Source: Auanema rhodensis (Eukaryota; Animalia; Nematoda). From it: a stretch of 64,000 nt of DNA. Below are positions 14,674-30,141 of the stretch, piece after piece. Where the stretch lies: positions 8,928,001 through 8,992,000 of the forward strand of contig OZ059897.1 of the NCBI GenBank assembly GCA_964057225.1, written 5' to 3'. The position numbers were made by a program, and so were the translations under genes. Position 1 is the first letter of the stretch. Each line of letters opens with the position of its first letter. The notes beneath the pieces are model-generated. The model did no database searches. It saw only the letters and a list, made by a program, of their open reading frames with translations, and was not told the origin of the DNA.

Positions 14674-14695
14674 TGAGTCATTTTGAGGTAAACAA
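14674..14695. promoter_or_regulatory. Adjacent AP-1-type (TGAGTCA) and FOXO/DAF-16-type (GTAAACAA) consensus sites upstream of the Ski-like gene
   Basis: Exact consensus matches at 14674-14680 and 14688-14695, about 400 bp upstream of the putative start. Function untested. Confidence 0.3.
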
Positions 14696-14953
14696 CTATA
14701 AGATCTTTAGTTCTAGGGAACAAAGGGTCACCGGGTCCATCGTTGAGGCGATCCGCTGCAGTCTTTTCAGGATGTTTGATTGAACTTTATGATATTCATA
14801 CATGAAAGGTTAGAAGCATTAAGATTGTAAACGAAATTCATAAGTGGAATAAGAAAGAACAGATGACATAGAAGGAGTGCAAAAGTGAAGAACTAGTAGA
14901 AGAGCATCGAAGGAAATGAAACTGAAAAAGAGAAGAGGGAGAGAGAAAAATGT

Positions 14954-14958
<5 letters not shown>

Positions 14959-14983
<25 letters not shown>
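14959..14983. repeat. (AT)n microsatellite
   Basis: Direct inspection. Confidence 0.9.
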
Positions 14984-14984
<1 letters not shown>

Positions 14985-17900
14985 TCCTTTTTATCATAGA
15001 GATAGAGTTAAGAAAATGGGAGGAGTTGAAGATGATCTTTGTCAATGGACAGGAGACGTGTATCGCATTCAGAGCGAAAGAACAGTTATCTTACTGTATT
15101 TGATGATTGGTGACTGAAAGACCAGAAGTATAAGGTTTGTAAAACCGGGATTGAGGCTTTGCCATGAGCAATATTAAGCATTCTAATCATTATTGTCAGA
15201 AGTATCAGACTTTCGGAGGAGGATAATAACTGTTAGAGATTGAGTATAATGATAAACATAATATTCGTTGATATATGAGGAAAGCCATGGGAGGCTTAAT
15301 AAAGGCCAGGGAGAGAGAAAAGAGGAAGGGTAACCGGAAGTTGAGAAAGAGAAAAGGAAAGGATCAGGTTGGAGCTAGCAGAATAGGTTGATGAAGGGAG
15401 CAATAGCTGATTAAATTTATTGTGGATAAATTGATGAAATGCATGAGAGACTAAGAATAATAACGATCGAAAGCGGAGCCAAAACTAGTTGAGGGGTATA
15501 CCCAGAGCGTTTGTCTAGACATAAAAGAGTGATAGAAGTTAAAGATATCAGAAGAGAAGAATGTGAGTTTGAGACAAATAGATGGCATGACGTGAAATAT
15601 AACTTAAGAGATAAGAGAAGAGTAGGACAATTGAGGAAGATTGAAAAACAAACGCATAAAAGAAAGAAATAGTTAGTAGCAAGCACTTAGTATTTTAATG
15701 ATTTCATTATCTAAATATTATGAAGAATACCTATAATAGTTAATATGACCAAGATAAAAAAGAATTGAATTAAAATAATTATTAATAGGAATCATTTCCT
15801 ACATCTTTGCAATATTTAAAAATCGATGAGATATGAATGAGTTACCTCTAATTTGAATTGGAAAAATATATCATCATTTTCATTCCTCTGATTAAACAAT
15901 ATGCTCTAAGTTCTATCTTATTCACATATCAACCTGTATAGAAAGAATGATTTCTGAAGAAAAAAGAAGGCAAAACAACTGAAAAGATGACAATGAATAA
16001 AATGTTGAGCTTTGTATTAGAAAAGAAATGTAGACAAGACAGAAGACATGCTATATGAAAAATTTGTAAAAACAAAGAACATTTGAAATGAGAAATAAGT
16101 TGATCAAATTTTAAATCTCACATACATCAATATAATATATGTGGAGGTTTAATTAGAAGTCAATCAAGTAGTACAATATCATACTAGCTATTTAAAATCT
16201 AATAAGAAATGATGTACTAATCATTTGATAAAAGTAATTAGAGAATTTTTTTGGTAGTAGTAAGAGCAGTTAGTGATTTTTTTATAAATTTATCCTCGTC
16301 ATTCTTTTTTTGATCGTAGATAAACGATTTTTTGGTTTACAGGGTAACAATTTTTGAAGAGTTAAAACGTCGTTGAAGTATCAGTCAAGTTAAACTGTGA
16401 AACAATTTTTTGTCGAAGATAACACAAGCAGAGGAGATAAAAAACTACGGATGTACAAGAAGCATGGAAGGGTTGATTAAACAGATAAGGGAGACGAAAT
16501 ATTAACGAAAAAAATGAAAACAGAACCAAATTTAATAAATAAGTTTCAAAAAGATCAAAACGTGGAATAATATAATGATATATAAGAATGAATTTGGTAG
16601 AAAGATATATTTGGATATACATATTAACAAAATTAAGCAGAATAGTTTGAAGTCAGCACGTGATCAAATATAGACAGATTTACCGCATAAGATTTGTTTC
16701 TTCAACAGTTGAAAAAGAAAATAGAAAATGAAAGAGAGAAAAGAGAGTTTGGGCGAAAGACAGAAACAAGAGTGAAATGCGAACGATAGAAGAACAAAAA
16801 AAGTGAAACAGAAAAAAAAACGAGGAATAAAAGAAAAAAACGAGGCAGCTGGCTAAAAGTTAATCAGACCAGACAAAAGTCTGTCAATACATTTCAGACT
16901 AATTTTGATTTTTGAGTTCAGTAGGCAAACGCTGTTCGGTGAGCTTCCCGAACTGATGATGAATCAGATATTGAATATAGAAAACTAAAAGAAAACGTTA
17001 ATGAATGAAGGCATATATGAAGTCGTTTCAGAAGTACAATGATAAAAAATGGAAAATGCCAATAGAATTAATGTTGTATCGTGCACGCGTAAGGAGCAAA
17101 GAACGGGCAAAGGAAATGATGTGCAGAAGTGCAGGTGTGATTTAGTAAATGGACAAACTATGCTCTGATGGTTCATGGTGGTGATGCTCAAACATCACAA
17201 CCCGGAAATTCCACAAAAAAAGTACAAGCAAATTAATTATTAACTATCTTGACAGTCTGTCTTGACTTGAAGACAACATTAGTCTGGTCAACTGTATGGG
17301 GAATGACAACTGGAATTGTCTGAGAACATTGAAGATGAGCTCATGAAGAAATGGAGAGTCTTATGGGGAAAAAGTGAAAATAACAAGCTATTGGAAATTG
17401 AGGATATAGAGATAAGAAAAAGGTTATATCTAACATAACTAAGACAGAGAGAGGAAAAGAAAAAGACGGGCAAAAGTAGAAAGACAGAGATAGAAAGACA
17501 ATAGTAAACTGTATATCAACTATTAAGAATAGAATCAAATATAACGAATGCGTTAATGAAAATAGATTTATAGGCAATGTCACGTAGTAGGTTCAAGAAA
17601 ATAAAGAAAACACAAACAAGACAACCAACCGAACGAAAGACCAATCGACCTTAGCGTCTCCCCAAAACTTCATCTAAATCGTCTTATGTTTGTTTCACGT
17701 GGTAAAAGGGACGTGAGGTGATATGCAAATGTTGTTATCGAGGCTACAAGGCACGTGTTATGATATATATTATAACAAGGTATATGTGAACGGCATGTGT
17801 AAGCTCTAAACTACTTATTGACTAAGATCACAGCGTGAGCTTACAGATTGGATCGTTCATAAGCATAATTGAGGTCAGTGAACAAAACGTATGCAGGGAA

Positions 17901-20367
17901 GGCAGACATCTCTCGTCATTTATCGCTGCAATAACACGAACCGGGAGCTTAAGATCTTTCCCAAAGCGGAAGAGCAAAGGTTTCACGTCCAATTAGCTTG
18001 GAAATACGCAGGAGCGTATTTCAGAACGATCAACAGATGAATCCAAAAGCTAGTAATATCTAAATCTATTCAGTGCTTTTTTTTGCACAACTAGAATGCT
18101 TGTGATGTGGCAAATCCTTTTATGAACTGAATAGGAATTGAAGCACTAGAGGGAGGAAACAGAAATGAAGAGCAACAACGATCGAGTGAGACAGCACTTC
18201 TACGTTCCAAACGATTGAACGGTTAGTTGTACTAAGAAAGGAAGTGAAGATGTAATCTAAAGCCTAGATTCCTCAGAGGCCGATAAGCTAGCACTTCCAA
18301 TCAGATATATTCAGAAAATGCATGGCCAGTGCTGTCATAACTCTATAACAAGTCAGTGATCACGAGACCTCCCACAAATAAAAAAGGCAAAGAAAGAGAG
18401 TAGTCAAACGAAAAATAGAATGCCTCATCGAATATTACTTCGGGTTGCAGGTTTCTCATATATTTGAAAAGAAGACCTATCTGAGATTTCGTTGCCAAGA
18501 AGAAAAGATATAAGCAAACCAGGAAAATTAGAGTGGGATATCACTACATTCCCCATAGCTATTGAGCTCACAAAATCATGTAGTTTAAACAAGTTACATG
18601 ACTTGCATCAATAAATATTACATGAGATAAGATAAATAAAAGTTTTTTTTTCAAATGCAGCATTGCTCCCTCAACATGTGAAGGTACCACGCGGGTTTCC
18701 TTAAGTAGTTTGAGCAATATGTAAGAGATAAGATATCTGTTCGTCTCTATGTCGATGACCAAGCATATACATGTAGTCTGCTCATTCATATAATAGTCAT
18801 ACTCTACGTCTCTTCTAGCACGAGGTTCTCGAAAATATATTTAGTGACCGGGAATTAGTTTAATCAGACAGTAGTAGAAAACCGTAAAAGAGGCAGGGAG
18901 CTGCAGATTTATGCTTAGGCTAGTTTTGCAGGAAAACAAGCAGCTTCATTAAAGTTTTTCATGAAATATGCAACAAAAACGAAATATTATTGAGCAAGCT
19001 GAGAAATGATTAGCCCAAGCTCACAGAAAGGCAGTGCCACAACCTAGGCATGAATCATCGGCGGGGAATAAGGAAGATGTGGGCAGTCGCTTGTATATTG
19101 AAGCATAGATATATAATATTAAGTATTTTATGAATATACTCAAGAAATGAGCTTATAGTATGTCACATATACACATATATATATATATATATTGAATAAA
19201 ATAAAAATAAAAAAAGAGACATTTGAAAAGAATAATGTAAAGAGATTTAAACTATGAATTAATCCGTGAGCACTAAGTCTTTTTTTTTTGTCAGCAGGTT
19301 CTTCTATAATATGCTGATCCATTGAACAGAAGATGTGCTGCCAGCTATCCACTTAGAATCCCAAATAGGGTCAATGGTTGTAATTCATTAATATAATTTT
19401 GTTGACTAGCCGAACTGATGTATTTCCTTGAAAAAACAGCAAAGTCTTCGTCGACATCAGGCACCGCCCATGACATTTATCAGCGACATTGAGAAAAGTT
19501 TCGTTTGTCGAAAACTATTATTCTGACTTATGTATGCATCACAATCATTCGAGCAGATATTTGGCATAAGTTATATTAAAAATTCAAAAGAAAGCTTAAA
19601 ATAGAGAAATGAAAAGAATATAATCGTTAAAAATATGAAACATCTGAACGAATATCCAAAATCGACCGTTCTTCATCAGCGACTATGTGAAAATGGGGAG
19701 TATCTCTTGCAAGTTTATGCTAGTCACATGTCGCCTGCGCCAAAGACTAAACACGTTGCCCTTACCTTACTCTTCATTAGGACTTTTATATCAATTTGTA
19801 GTGCAAAAATGCTACATGAATTACACGATGAACTAGTATAGTGGAAGTGGACTCAAACCCTTCACTTCCAACAATGAAACGATTCAGACAAATAGAAGAG
19901 TTTTCTTGATCTCCCATAATTAAAAATACAATCGTAGGCAATTTTCTAATAATTTACTTGTTATGAATAGTGTACAAGCAAGATACAAATATAGAAACCT
20001 CTGATGTTAATAAATTAATTGAGTTGTGAGGTTGAGTGAAATAAATTAAGTGAATAAGATAGCTCATCATCACAACATTGTAAAGAATTGAGCGAACTGA
20101 TATTGCAATTTCAAGAGAAATTCAAAGTTGAAAGGCACACAGCTCAAGTCATATATGATGAAGCTCAGATTATCACACAAGAAAAATAACCGCGATAAAG
20201 AGCACCCATTAAAGAGACTTAGTGGAATCTAAAAAAACAAATTACAAAACAAGCGAAATTTTGTCAAAAAAAAGAATGTTATTCATGTTGTAAGGTTTTA
20301 AACCGGAAGTATGCTTATGCGTTCAGAATGTTTCAAGCTAAGATCATGAATCATGATTTTCCATGAT

Positions 20368-23002
<2,635 letters not shown>

Positions 23003-24520
23003 ATTCAATATGTTAATTCTGAATAAGGAAAAGTTTTATCAAATTAGTTTAATTAATAACCAATATTATTATACAAGTTAAACTTCATAGTAATAAAGAC
23101 GCAGAAACCATTACGCGTACGCGCGCGTCTCATTGGGACACTGTTTCATAACAGTAATCTTTACAGTAACCTTCAAAGTTCTTACTTTTATCCAAAGATA
23201 GTTATTAGCAAGGGCAAATCATTGCCATATGATTATGAGAGAAAGATGCAAAATACCGGATATAGTAAGACACAACATGCGCACTCAGCAGGTGCAAGTG
23301 CGGGCAGAAAAATTGTCAGCATGGCCAATTTGTATCCAAAAACACTTGCAAAATGAAATGAAAATGATTTTTGGCGCAAAGTTTTTATATTCATGACACT
23401 TATTTGACTCTGATTTCATATAATCCTATCACATTCTCAAAAAAAAACATTGATCTCACGAATATACGATATCTGAAGACAGATGAGTGCTTAGATCTCA
23501 ATGATTCTTCAAACACAACGGAATACATGAAAATTGCATCTAACATTCATAACAATATACATTATGATTTAAAATGATTTAAGTAAAAGATTTAAAAGAG
23601 CTACATCAAAATAATTAAAGCTCCAGACTAATCAGCATCAAAATTACTAATGCCTGTTGGAATTAAAGATTGAAAAACGAATAATTCATAGTAATAATCG
23701 GAATAAAAAACAAGTTTTCATGTAATGTTAAACATATCAAAGATATTGATATTTTAAATGCTTAATCAGCTATTTTAACAAATGACTTCAAGTGAGTAAT
23801 AATGATTACAAATCTAAAAGCTGATAATTTAAAAATTAAACTTAAATGTTTAAACACTAATAGAGATCAGAATGTAATAAACACACTTTCTCTAGAACAG
23901 TCTTTGACTCAAAAATTAGAGAAAATCAAGGAATGTGAAAGAAGCTTAGTTCAATAGTGAGAAAACAATGAAAATCGGCGTACGACTTCGTATTGAATGA
24001 TCGCCAACATCATAATCGATAGTTAAAACACCTATGAGTCAAAGCGAGCCTGTATTTCCATATTCTCACTTCTTTTCTATCGATCCTGATTAACCTCAAT
24101 TAAGCATACAAAATCTGTGCTTCGAACCTCCCGTACATTTAGTAGGTTTAACATTATATCAAACACTTTGAATGTGCAAAGGATGTAATCATATAATAAA
24201 TACTTTAAAAGTCATGATGCTTCATGATATTTGATCCATATGCACATGAAACTAAAGTTCAAATGTTTCTTTGTAGTTTACTCCCATCATAATTGACAAT
24301 ATTGACTAAAGCTAAAACTAAAGATATCATGCTTGGGTTTCCCTCGTCTGTTTCTCTCAATGATCCCCGATGAATTTCAAAATAGATTTTTACAAAACAA
24401 ATTTAGACAAACAAATCGTATTTATAGTTAAAAATAGTTTATTGAATATCTATGCATCATACAATACATGCTCAGCGAAAAAGTTAAGATAGTAAACTTT
24501 AAAACGGCTATATATAAATA

Positions 24521-25201
24521 TTAGTTAGCCTTGTTGAAGAATTCCTTAGAGTTCTTTGGGTCTGGCTTGATGGTGTCTTTTCCTGGAGTCCATCCAGCTG
24601 GGCAGACTTCTCCGTGCTGGAATTTTCATGATAAAGATATCTCACAGAAAATCGAAAAATACCTTTTCAACAAACTGGAAAGCTTGGATAAGACGGAGGG
24701 TCTCATCTACGGAACGTCCGACTGGAAGGTCATTGATGGTGATCTGGCGGAGATTTCCTTGGGGATCGATGATGAAAAGTCCTCTGAAGGCAATTCCTTC
24801 GTCCTCCTTCAAGACTCCGTAAGCCTTGGAGATGGTGTGGGTGGTATCAGCCAAAACAGGGATGTTCATTTCTCCGAGTCCTCCATGCTTGCGTGGCTGG
24901 TTGATCCAGGCAAGGTGGGAGAATACAGAGTCGGTTGAGCAGGCGAGAAGTTGAACATTAAGGTTCTTGAACTCAGCAGCTCTCTCAGAGAAAGCGATAA
25001 TTTCAGTTGGGCATACAAAGGTGCTGGAATTAAAATCATATTTTATTAGATAACGTTAAGAACTAACAAGTCCAATGGGTAGAAGAAGAGAACAACCCAT
25101 TTTCCCTTGTAGTCAGCGAGCTTGACATCGACGAAGTCTCCGTCAATAACAGCCTGGGTGGCGAATTCAGGAGCTGGTTTTCCGATAAAAGCCTTAGACA
25201 T
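24521..25201 (-). CDS. prdx-2: Typical 2-Cys peroxiredoxin, 3 exons
   Basis: [13 protein letters not shown]..., '[15 protein letters not shown]', 'GGLG', '[16 protein letters not shown]', 'GEVCPAGW'. TTTCAG acceptor directly before the ATG. Confidence 0.97.
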
Positions 25202-26798
25202 CTGAAACATTTCAAAATGTATCACAGAAGTTAATAATACAAATGAAGCATCAATTAAAAAATTTAAAATTGTGCAGAAAGGATGCAAGGCTGATAGAAG
25301 TGCACAAGATTGAACATTACTGCTCAGTACACTTGTTTATGCATACAAATGTTCCATCAAAAGTAGAAAGTTGACGACCTGTTAGAGATAATATAGACAA
25401 CCGAATATAGACAGAGACACAACACGATAACGATGTGGTATAGACGGTTCTAGAGAGCAGAAAAACCGCGCGCGCGCAATTTGCAATTAAAAAATCGATG
25501 AAACAGTTCAATGTACAGGTTGGAAGATGTATGATGACAATAGTGATCGCATGAATCGGATTCGGAGAACAAAACTTATACCTGATGTGTTTTCTGAACA
25601 AAATAGGGCATAATAGCGCTAATACAATTTCAAAACGCAAAAAGAGCGAATGAAGAAGCGACTGGTCTAAAGAACAGCAAGAAGAATACGCGCGTTTGAG
25701 TGATATTTGTGCCTGTGTGCTCATCAATTTATTTGATAAAAGATGATGGTATAATGCTCGCCAACAGATAATTTCTCGTGTAGTTTCAAAAGTAAAACAT
25801 TCTTGTAGAGAGAATTTATAAAAAAAATCAAAAATAATAGTAATATCATAATAAACTTTAAAAACATTAAGAGGGGTGTGAAAAAATAATTCTTTGTTTA
25901 GCAGTAGACTCTTGAGTGAAAATTGTATCGCCACACAACTTGGTCAATGGCCATACAAAGTTTTATAGTAAGTTTGAAAATATAATAATATCAGGGATTG
26001 CAATTTAAGTGTTAGAGACTTGGGGACTATGTATATATACTAGATTATTCCTAGCAATATATGATGAAATCTAGATTGAAGATAATAAAGATTGGAATTG
26101 AACTAGTTGTTTCTCAATATTTCAGAAACGACGTGAGTTTGTTTTACGTGACAATACGTTAGAAACAAATTCAAACGTTGTTTGAATTGACAGCGGTCAA
26201 ATTCCGCGTCAAAAAAAAATTATTTGTAAAGAAAAGATCGATGAATACGTTTTCAGAATGTAATGATGATTTATATAGAAAGGTGATAAGATGATTAGGT
26301 CCTGTAGAACAAGACGTAGTTGAAAGAATGTGCGAATTGTCATCGTTGTTCCTTTCATGTCATCGTTTTTTTATTCTTAACAACTTTGCTCAGTGCTTCA
26401 ACATCATTTGTGATTTGGAAACAGTGAAATAATCGTATTCTTCACATGTGACATCATAAGATGATAAATGTTGAGTGCTTTGAGAGTTTAAAAAAGAACT
26501 TACTGGCAACATCCTGTACATAGAATTCAAGTATAGGTGATTTGAGTCACGAATTAATGGGCTTGAGTTGGATTATATATTTCAAGCTAAGGTTGCTATA
26601 GCAATTCTTCACTAACCATATACTGCGATGGAATTGGAGGTGTGGTTTTATGTGCCAAATGAAGCAACCTAATGATGTTGCGGAAATGTTATATTATTTG
26701 ATGGTTTCAGGTTTCAACTTTCAACTTTTAATAGCCAATAATATGTTAACACTTTAAAACTTTAATAACCCATAAAACTAAATAAATAATTGAAATAT

Positions 26799-28364
26799 TC
26801 ACATGTTTACTATTTCATCTAGTGAGTTTGTAAAGCTGCTGAAAGAAAACACCTTCTGAACCTTCTCAGGGCCCTGAAAATTCAGAACTTGAATGAAAAA
26901 GAAATGAGATTAAAAAAACAAACATTTTTCCTCATAGAATCAAGCAAACTTTCTTCTTCAATCAAGGTTTTCATACACCTAGCAAACTGATCAGCATCCT
27001 GTTCAACTAAGAATCCCGTTTTATTGTTATCAACAGATTCTTTGGGTCCTTTAAATTAAGATATTAGCTGCAGTAGTATTAAGATAAGAACCTCCAGAAT
27101 TCACAGCAATAACGGGAGTTCCAAGATACATAGCTTCTACTGGTACAATTCCGAAATGCTCTTTATCAGGCGTGTAGAGAACAGCTGTGCTTTCCCTCAG
27201 AATATTAATTTTCACTTTATCACCTGAAACAATTAATATTGAACTAATTCGATGTGAATATTGGAATAGTTGTAATAACAATTATGAACTTACTGGGAGA
27301 TTTCAAAAATGTAATTTGTCTAGAATCAATATTCAAGTCTTGACTATATTTGGTTAACTGGCGATAATATTCAATGTTTTCATAATTATTTGTGTCATAC
27401 CCTCCGGCAATAATCAAAAAACATTTTTCAAAAACTTCTGAAGAAAGTATACTCTGGAGAGCAGCTGTAAAATAAAGTTTATTAAATTGGAATCAAATAT
27501 TCGAACCGAAAGCTTCAAGTGCCAACTTCACATTCTTTTTAACTTCAAACCGATTCAATGAAGTAAATATATACTTGGCTTTTGGGGGTATGCAGGAAAC
27601 TTTTTCAACTTCAACATTATCGAAAAACGAAGTGTTTAAACTTGGATAAACAACTAAAATTATAATGAGTTATAAAAAAAACAACCAAAAACGATTCACC
27701 TTGCAATTTCGTGTTTTCTAATGATTTAAATGTTTCTCTGAATACCGAAGCTGTAAAGTTGCTATTAACACAGACAACATCAGCTTTTCCTGTAGAATAT
27801 TCTTCTAGGAAATCAAGAACATATCTAAAAATAGCTATGAAAATCAATTAAACAAAGTTTTAAATACCTATAATAATATTTCAAAGTAGTATCACGTTGG
27901 GTCAGTAAAAGGTCAGGATAGTGACAATAAAAAACAAGTTTCGCTTTTGAAAAAAGCCGAAGAACTAAGAGACAAGCAGATACCTGAACAAGTTAAGACC
28001 TAATAATCTACTAATATATAGAAAATAACTTGATCAACTATGATAACATCAGACTCTATGAATAGACATACATATAGTGCTGCAAGACACATTCTAATAT
28101 AGGCACACATTGCCCACATTTTCCCACATAAAGTTCGAGGAAAAAATGCAACTTTCTTAACATCTGTAAAGTTCGTATTACTGATTCGTTGATTTCAAAA
28201 TATTTACTTAATTCTTCCGTTTCTTTAAAGCAATGTGTTTTATCGTAATGATTTGTAACCATGGTGACTTCGTGGTCTTTGGATTTCAATCCCACCGCTG
28301 CATCCACTATCAATCTTTCAGCTCCGCCAATTCCCAAATCGGGGTGAATGAATGTAACCCTCAT
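26799..28364 (-). CDS. algn-2: ALG2 alpha-1,3/1,6-mannosyltransferase (GT4), multi-exon
   Basis: '[19 protein letters not shown]', '[11 protein letters not shown]', 'SLNRFE.KKN', '[30 protein letters not shown]'. Confidence 0.95.
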
Positions 28365-28598
28365 ATTCTGTTAAATATATATTAGAACCATATTGTCATT
28401 GATTAGGTTTGTTATATACTAAATGGATCTTTAGCCTATGATTTAACAATTTAATAAGAATTTCATTTTTATATTGAAAGATAAAAAAAATCACAACCTA
28501 TGACTTACAACGTTACGAACTGAAACAAAATATGGCAAACTAAAACAATGAGCAATTGTCATGGCATAATAAAATAGCATAACAATTTAAAACAATAT

Positions 28599-29926
28599 TC
28601 AAAGAGCTTTAACAATGTTGTCGAGCAAACTGCTAGCTCCAATACGGAACAAAGATGGTGTGACCCAGTCGCTTCCAAGAATCTAAAACAAATATTGAGA
28701 GATGTTATCATGATTTGTTAACGTACATCTTCGACCAAAGCGTAGAACGCAAAGGCTTCTTCTGGAGTCTTAATTCCTCCGGCAGGCTTAAAACCAACCT
28801 AAAAAATACGAGATGCAAAAAGGATTCGTTTAAAGCAGAACGATACCTTCTTCCCGGTCAACGCATACCAGCGCTTGATAGCATGACACATAACATAAGC
28901 AACTTCAAGAGTGGCATTTGTTGTTTCTTTTCCGGTGGAGGTTTTGATAAAGTCACTTCCTTAAATAGAAAAAATGTAATAAGGAAGAACAAATTATTTA
29001 TACCAGCTAAGATGCTAGCCCAACTAGCTTTGTAAACATTTGCGAGAGTCTTTAATTCACCAGTAGCGAGAATAGTCTTAAGGTGGGCAGACCCGCAAGC
29101 TTTCTTCAAAGCAAGAACCTCTTCATAAACAGCTATCAAATAAGTACAATTATATATAATAACTAAGTTGCTTATATACTCTTCCAGTCCTCATCGAGAG
29201 CAGAAGCACGACTAATAACAATATCAATTTCGTTGGCTCCGTCGGCAACGGTTAGTTCCACCTCGAGAATCTTAGATTGCAAATGATATTGTCCTGATGG
29301 GAAACCAGCAGCAACTCAAAACAAAAACAATTATGATAACATAAATACTTCAAATTTAGAAGTTGCTTGATAATACTTTAAGGGTAAACCATAAAATATT
29401 CAACTCTTACCTCCGGCAATATTAATCTTCTTTCCGACAGAAGTGATATGCTTCTTAAGATCACGAATTCTTTGAGGATAAACACATACAGCAGCGGTAG
29501 TTACATTAGCCTAAAGTCAATAAAACAATTAAAATAATGTAAGGCATTGCAGTTATTACCCCAGGAACGGCATCGAGGGCACGGTCAGCAAGAGCAACCA
29601 CTTTTTCCTTGGTGTCATCTCCAGAAAGAGTGGTCAAATCAATGAAACTAACCAATTTTAAAAGGTGATCTTTCTATAAAAAATGAAGACTAAAAGTTTT
29701 TCATTAATTATAACTTACGTCCTTAGCTAAATGAAGAGCGCGCTCTTCATACTTAGCAGTAGCAGCAGTGATCTCTTGAGTATCAAAATCTCTAGCACTC
29801 TTAATGAAAATAAGATTTAAAAAAAGCAATGAAAAAGAAAACCTCTTTATCGAAAGAAGCTTGATCGAACTTCTCTCCATAGCATTTAACAAAAGAGTAT
29901 AATTGTGGAAGGAAGATAGTAGCCAT
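28599..29926 (-). CDS. DERA: Deoxyribose-phosphate aldolase (DeoC/DERA), multi-exon
   Basis: 'FIDLTTLSGDDT', 'TAAVCVYP', 'AAGFPSGQ', 'GANEIDIVI', 'HLKTILATGEL', 'FKPAGGIKT', 'LFRIGASSLL'. Confidence 0.95.
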
Positions 29927-30141
29927 TGTGTCTAAAAACTATTCAATGAAATTAAAAACAATGAAATTATGAAAACAGATACAGATACAGCCTTCGAGAT
30001 TAACAAATAGAAACTAACATAAGGTTCATATAATATGAATACGCATTTATTAATAGTTTCTTTAAAAACTGGTAAAATTACAGGGTGTTCAAACAATTTA
30101 ACACATGTTAGGTAAAAGTATCCAGAAAATAGCAGTCTAAA

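Noticed and set aside
14682-14694. TTTGAGGTAAACA matches the SL1 RNA exon/intron junction
   Set aside because: The rest of the 22-nt SL1 exon and the Sm site are absent; better read as chance or a FOXO site.
15513-15520. Palindromic Smad-binding element GTCTAGAC upstream of the Ski-like gene
   Set aside because: A single 8-mer is plausible by chance in 64 kb; another copy lies at 45237 in an unrelated context.
18001-18022. Perfect 9-bp hairpin GAAATACGC-AGGA-GCGTATTTC
   Set aside because: Isolated; no correctly spaced Helitron CTRR end or other supporting context.
24531-24938. 135 aa + strand ORF
   Set aside because: Antisense shadow of codon-biased prdx-2.
25317-25934. 205 aa ORF upstream of prdx-2
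   Set aside because: No recognisable motif, non-ATG start, composition typical of AT-rich non-coding DNA; overlaps the likely prdx-2 promoter.
26240-26700. Exon-like fragments between prdx-2 and ALG2
   Set aside because: Could not be joined by canonical splice sites without stops; no recognisable homology.
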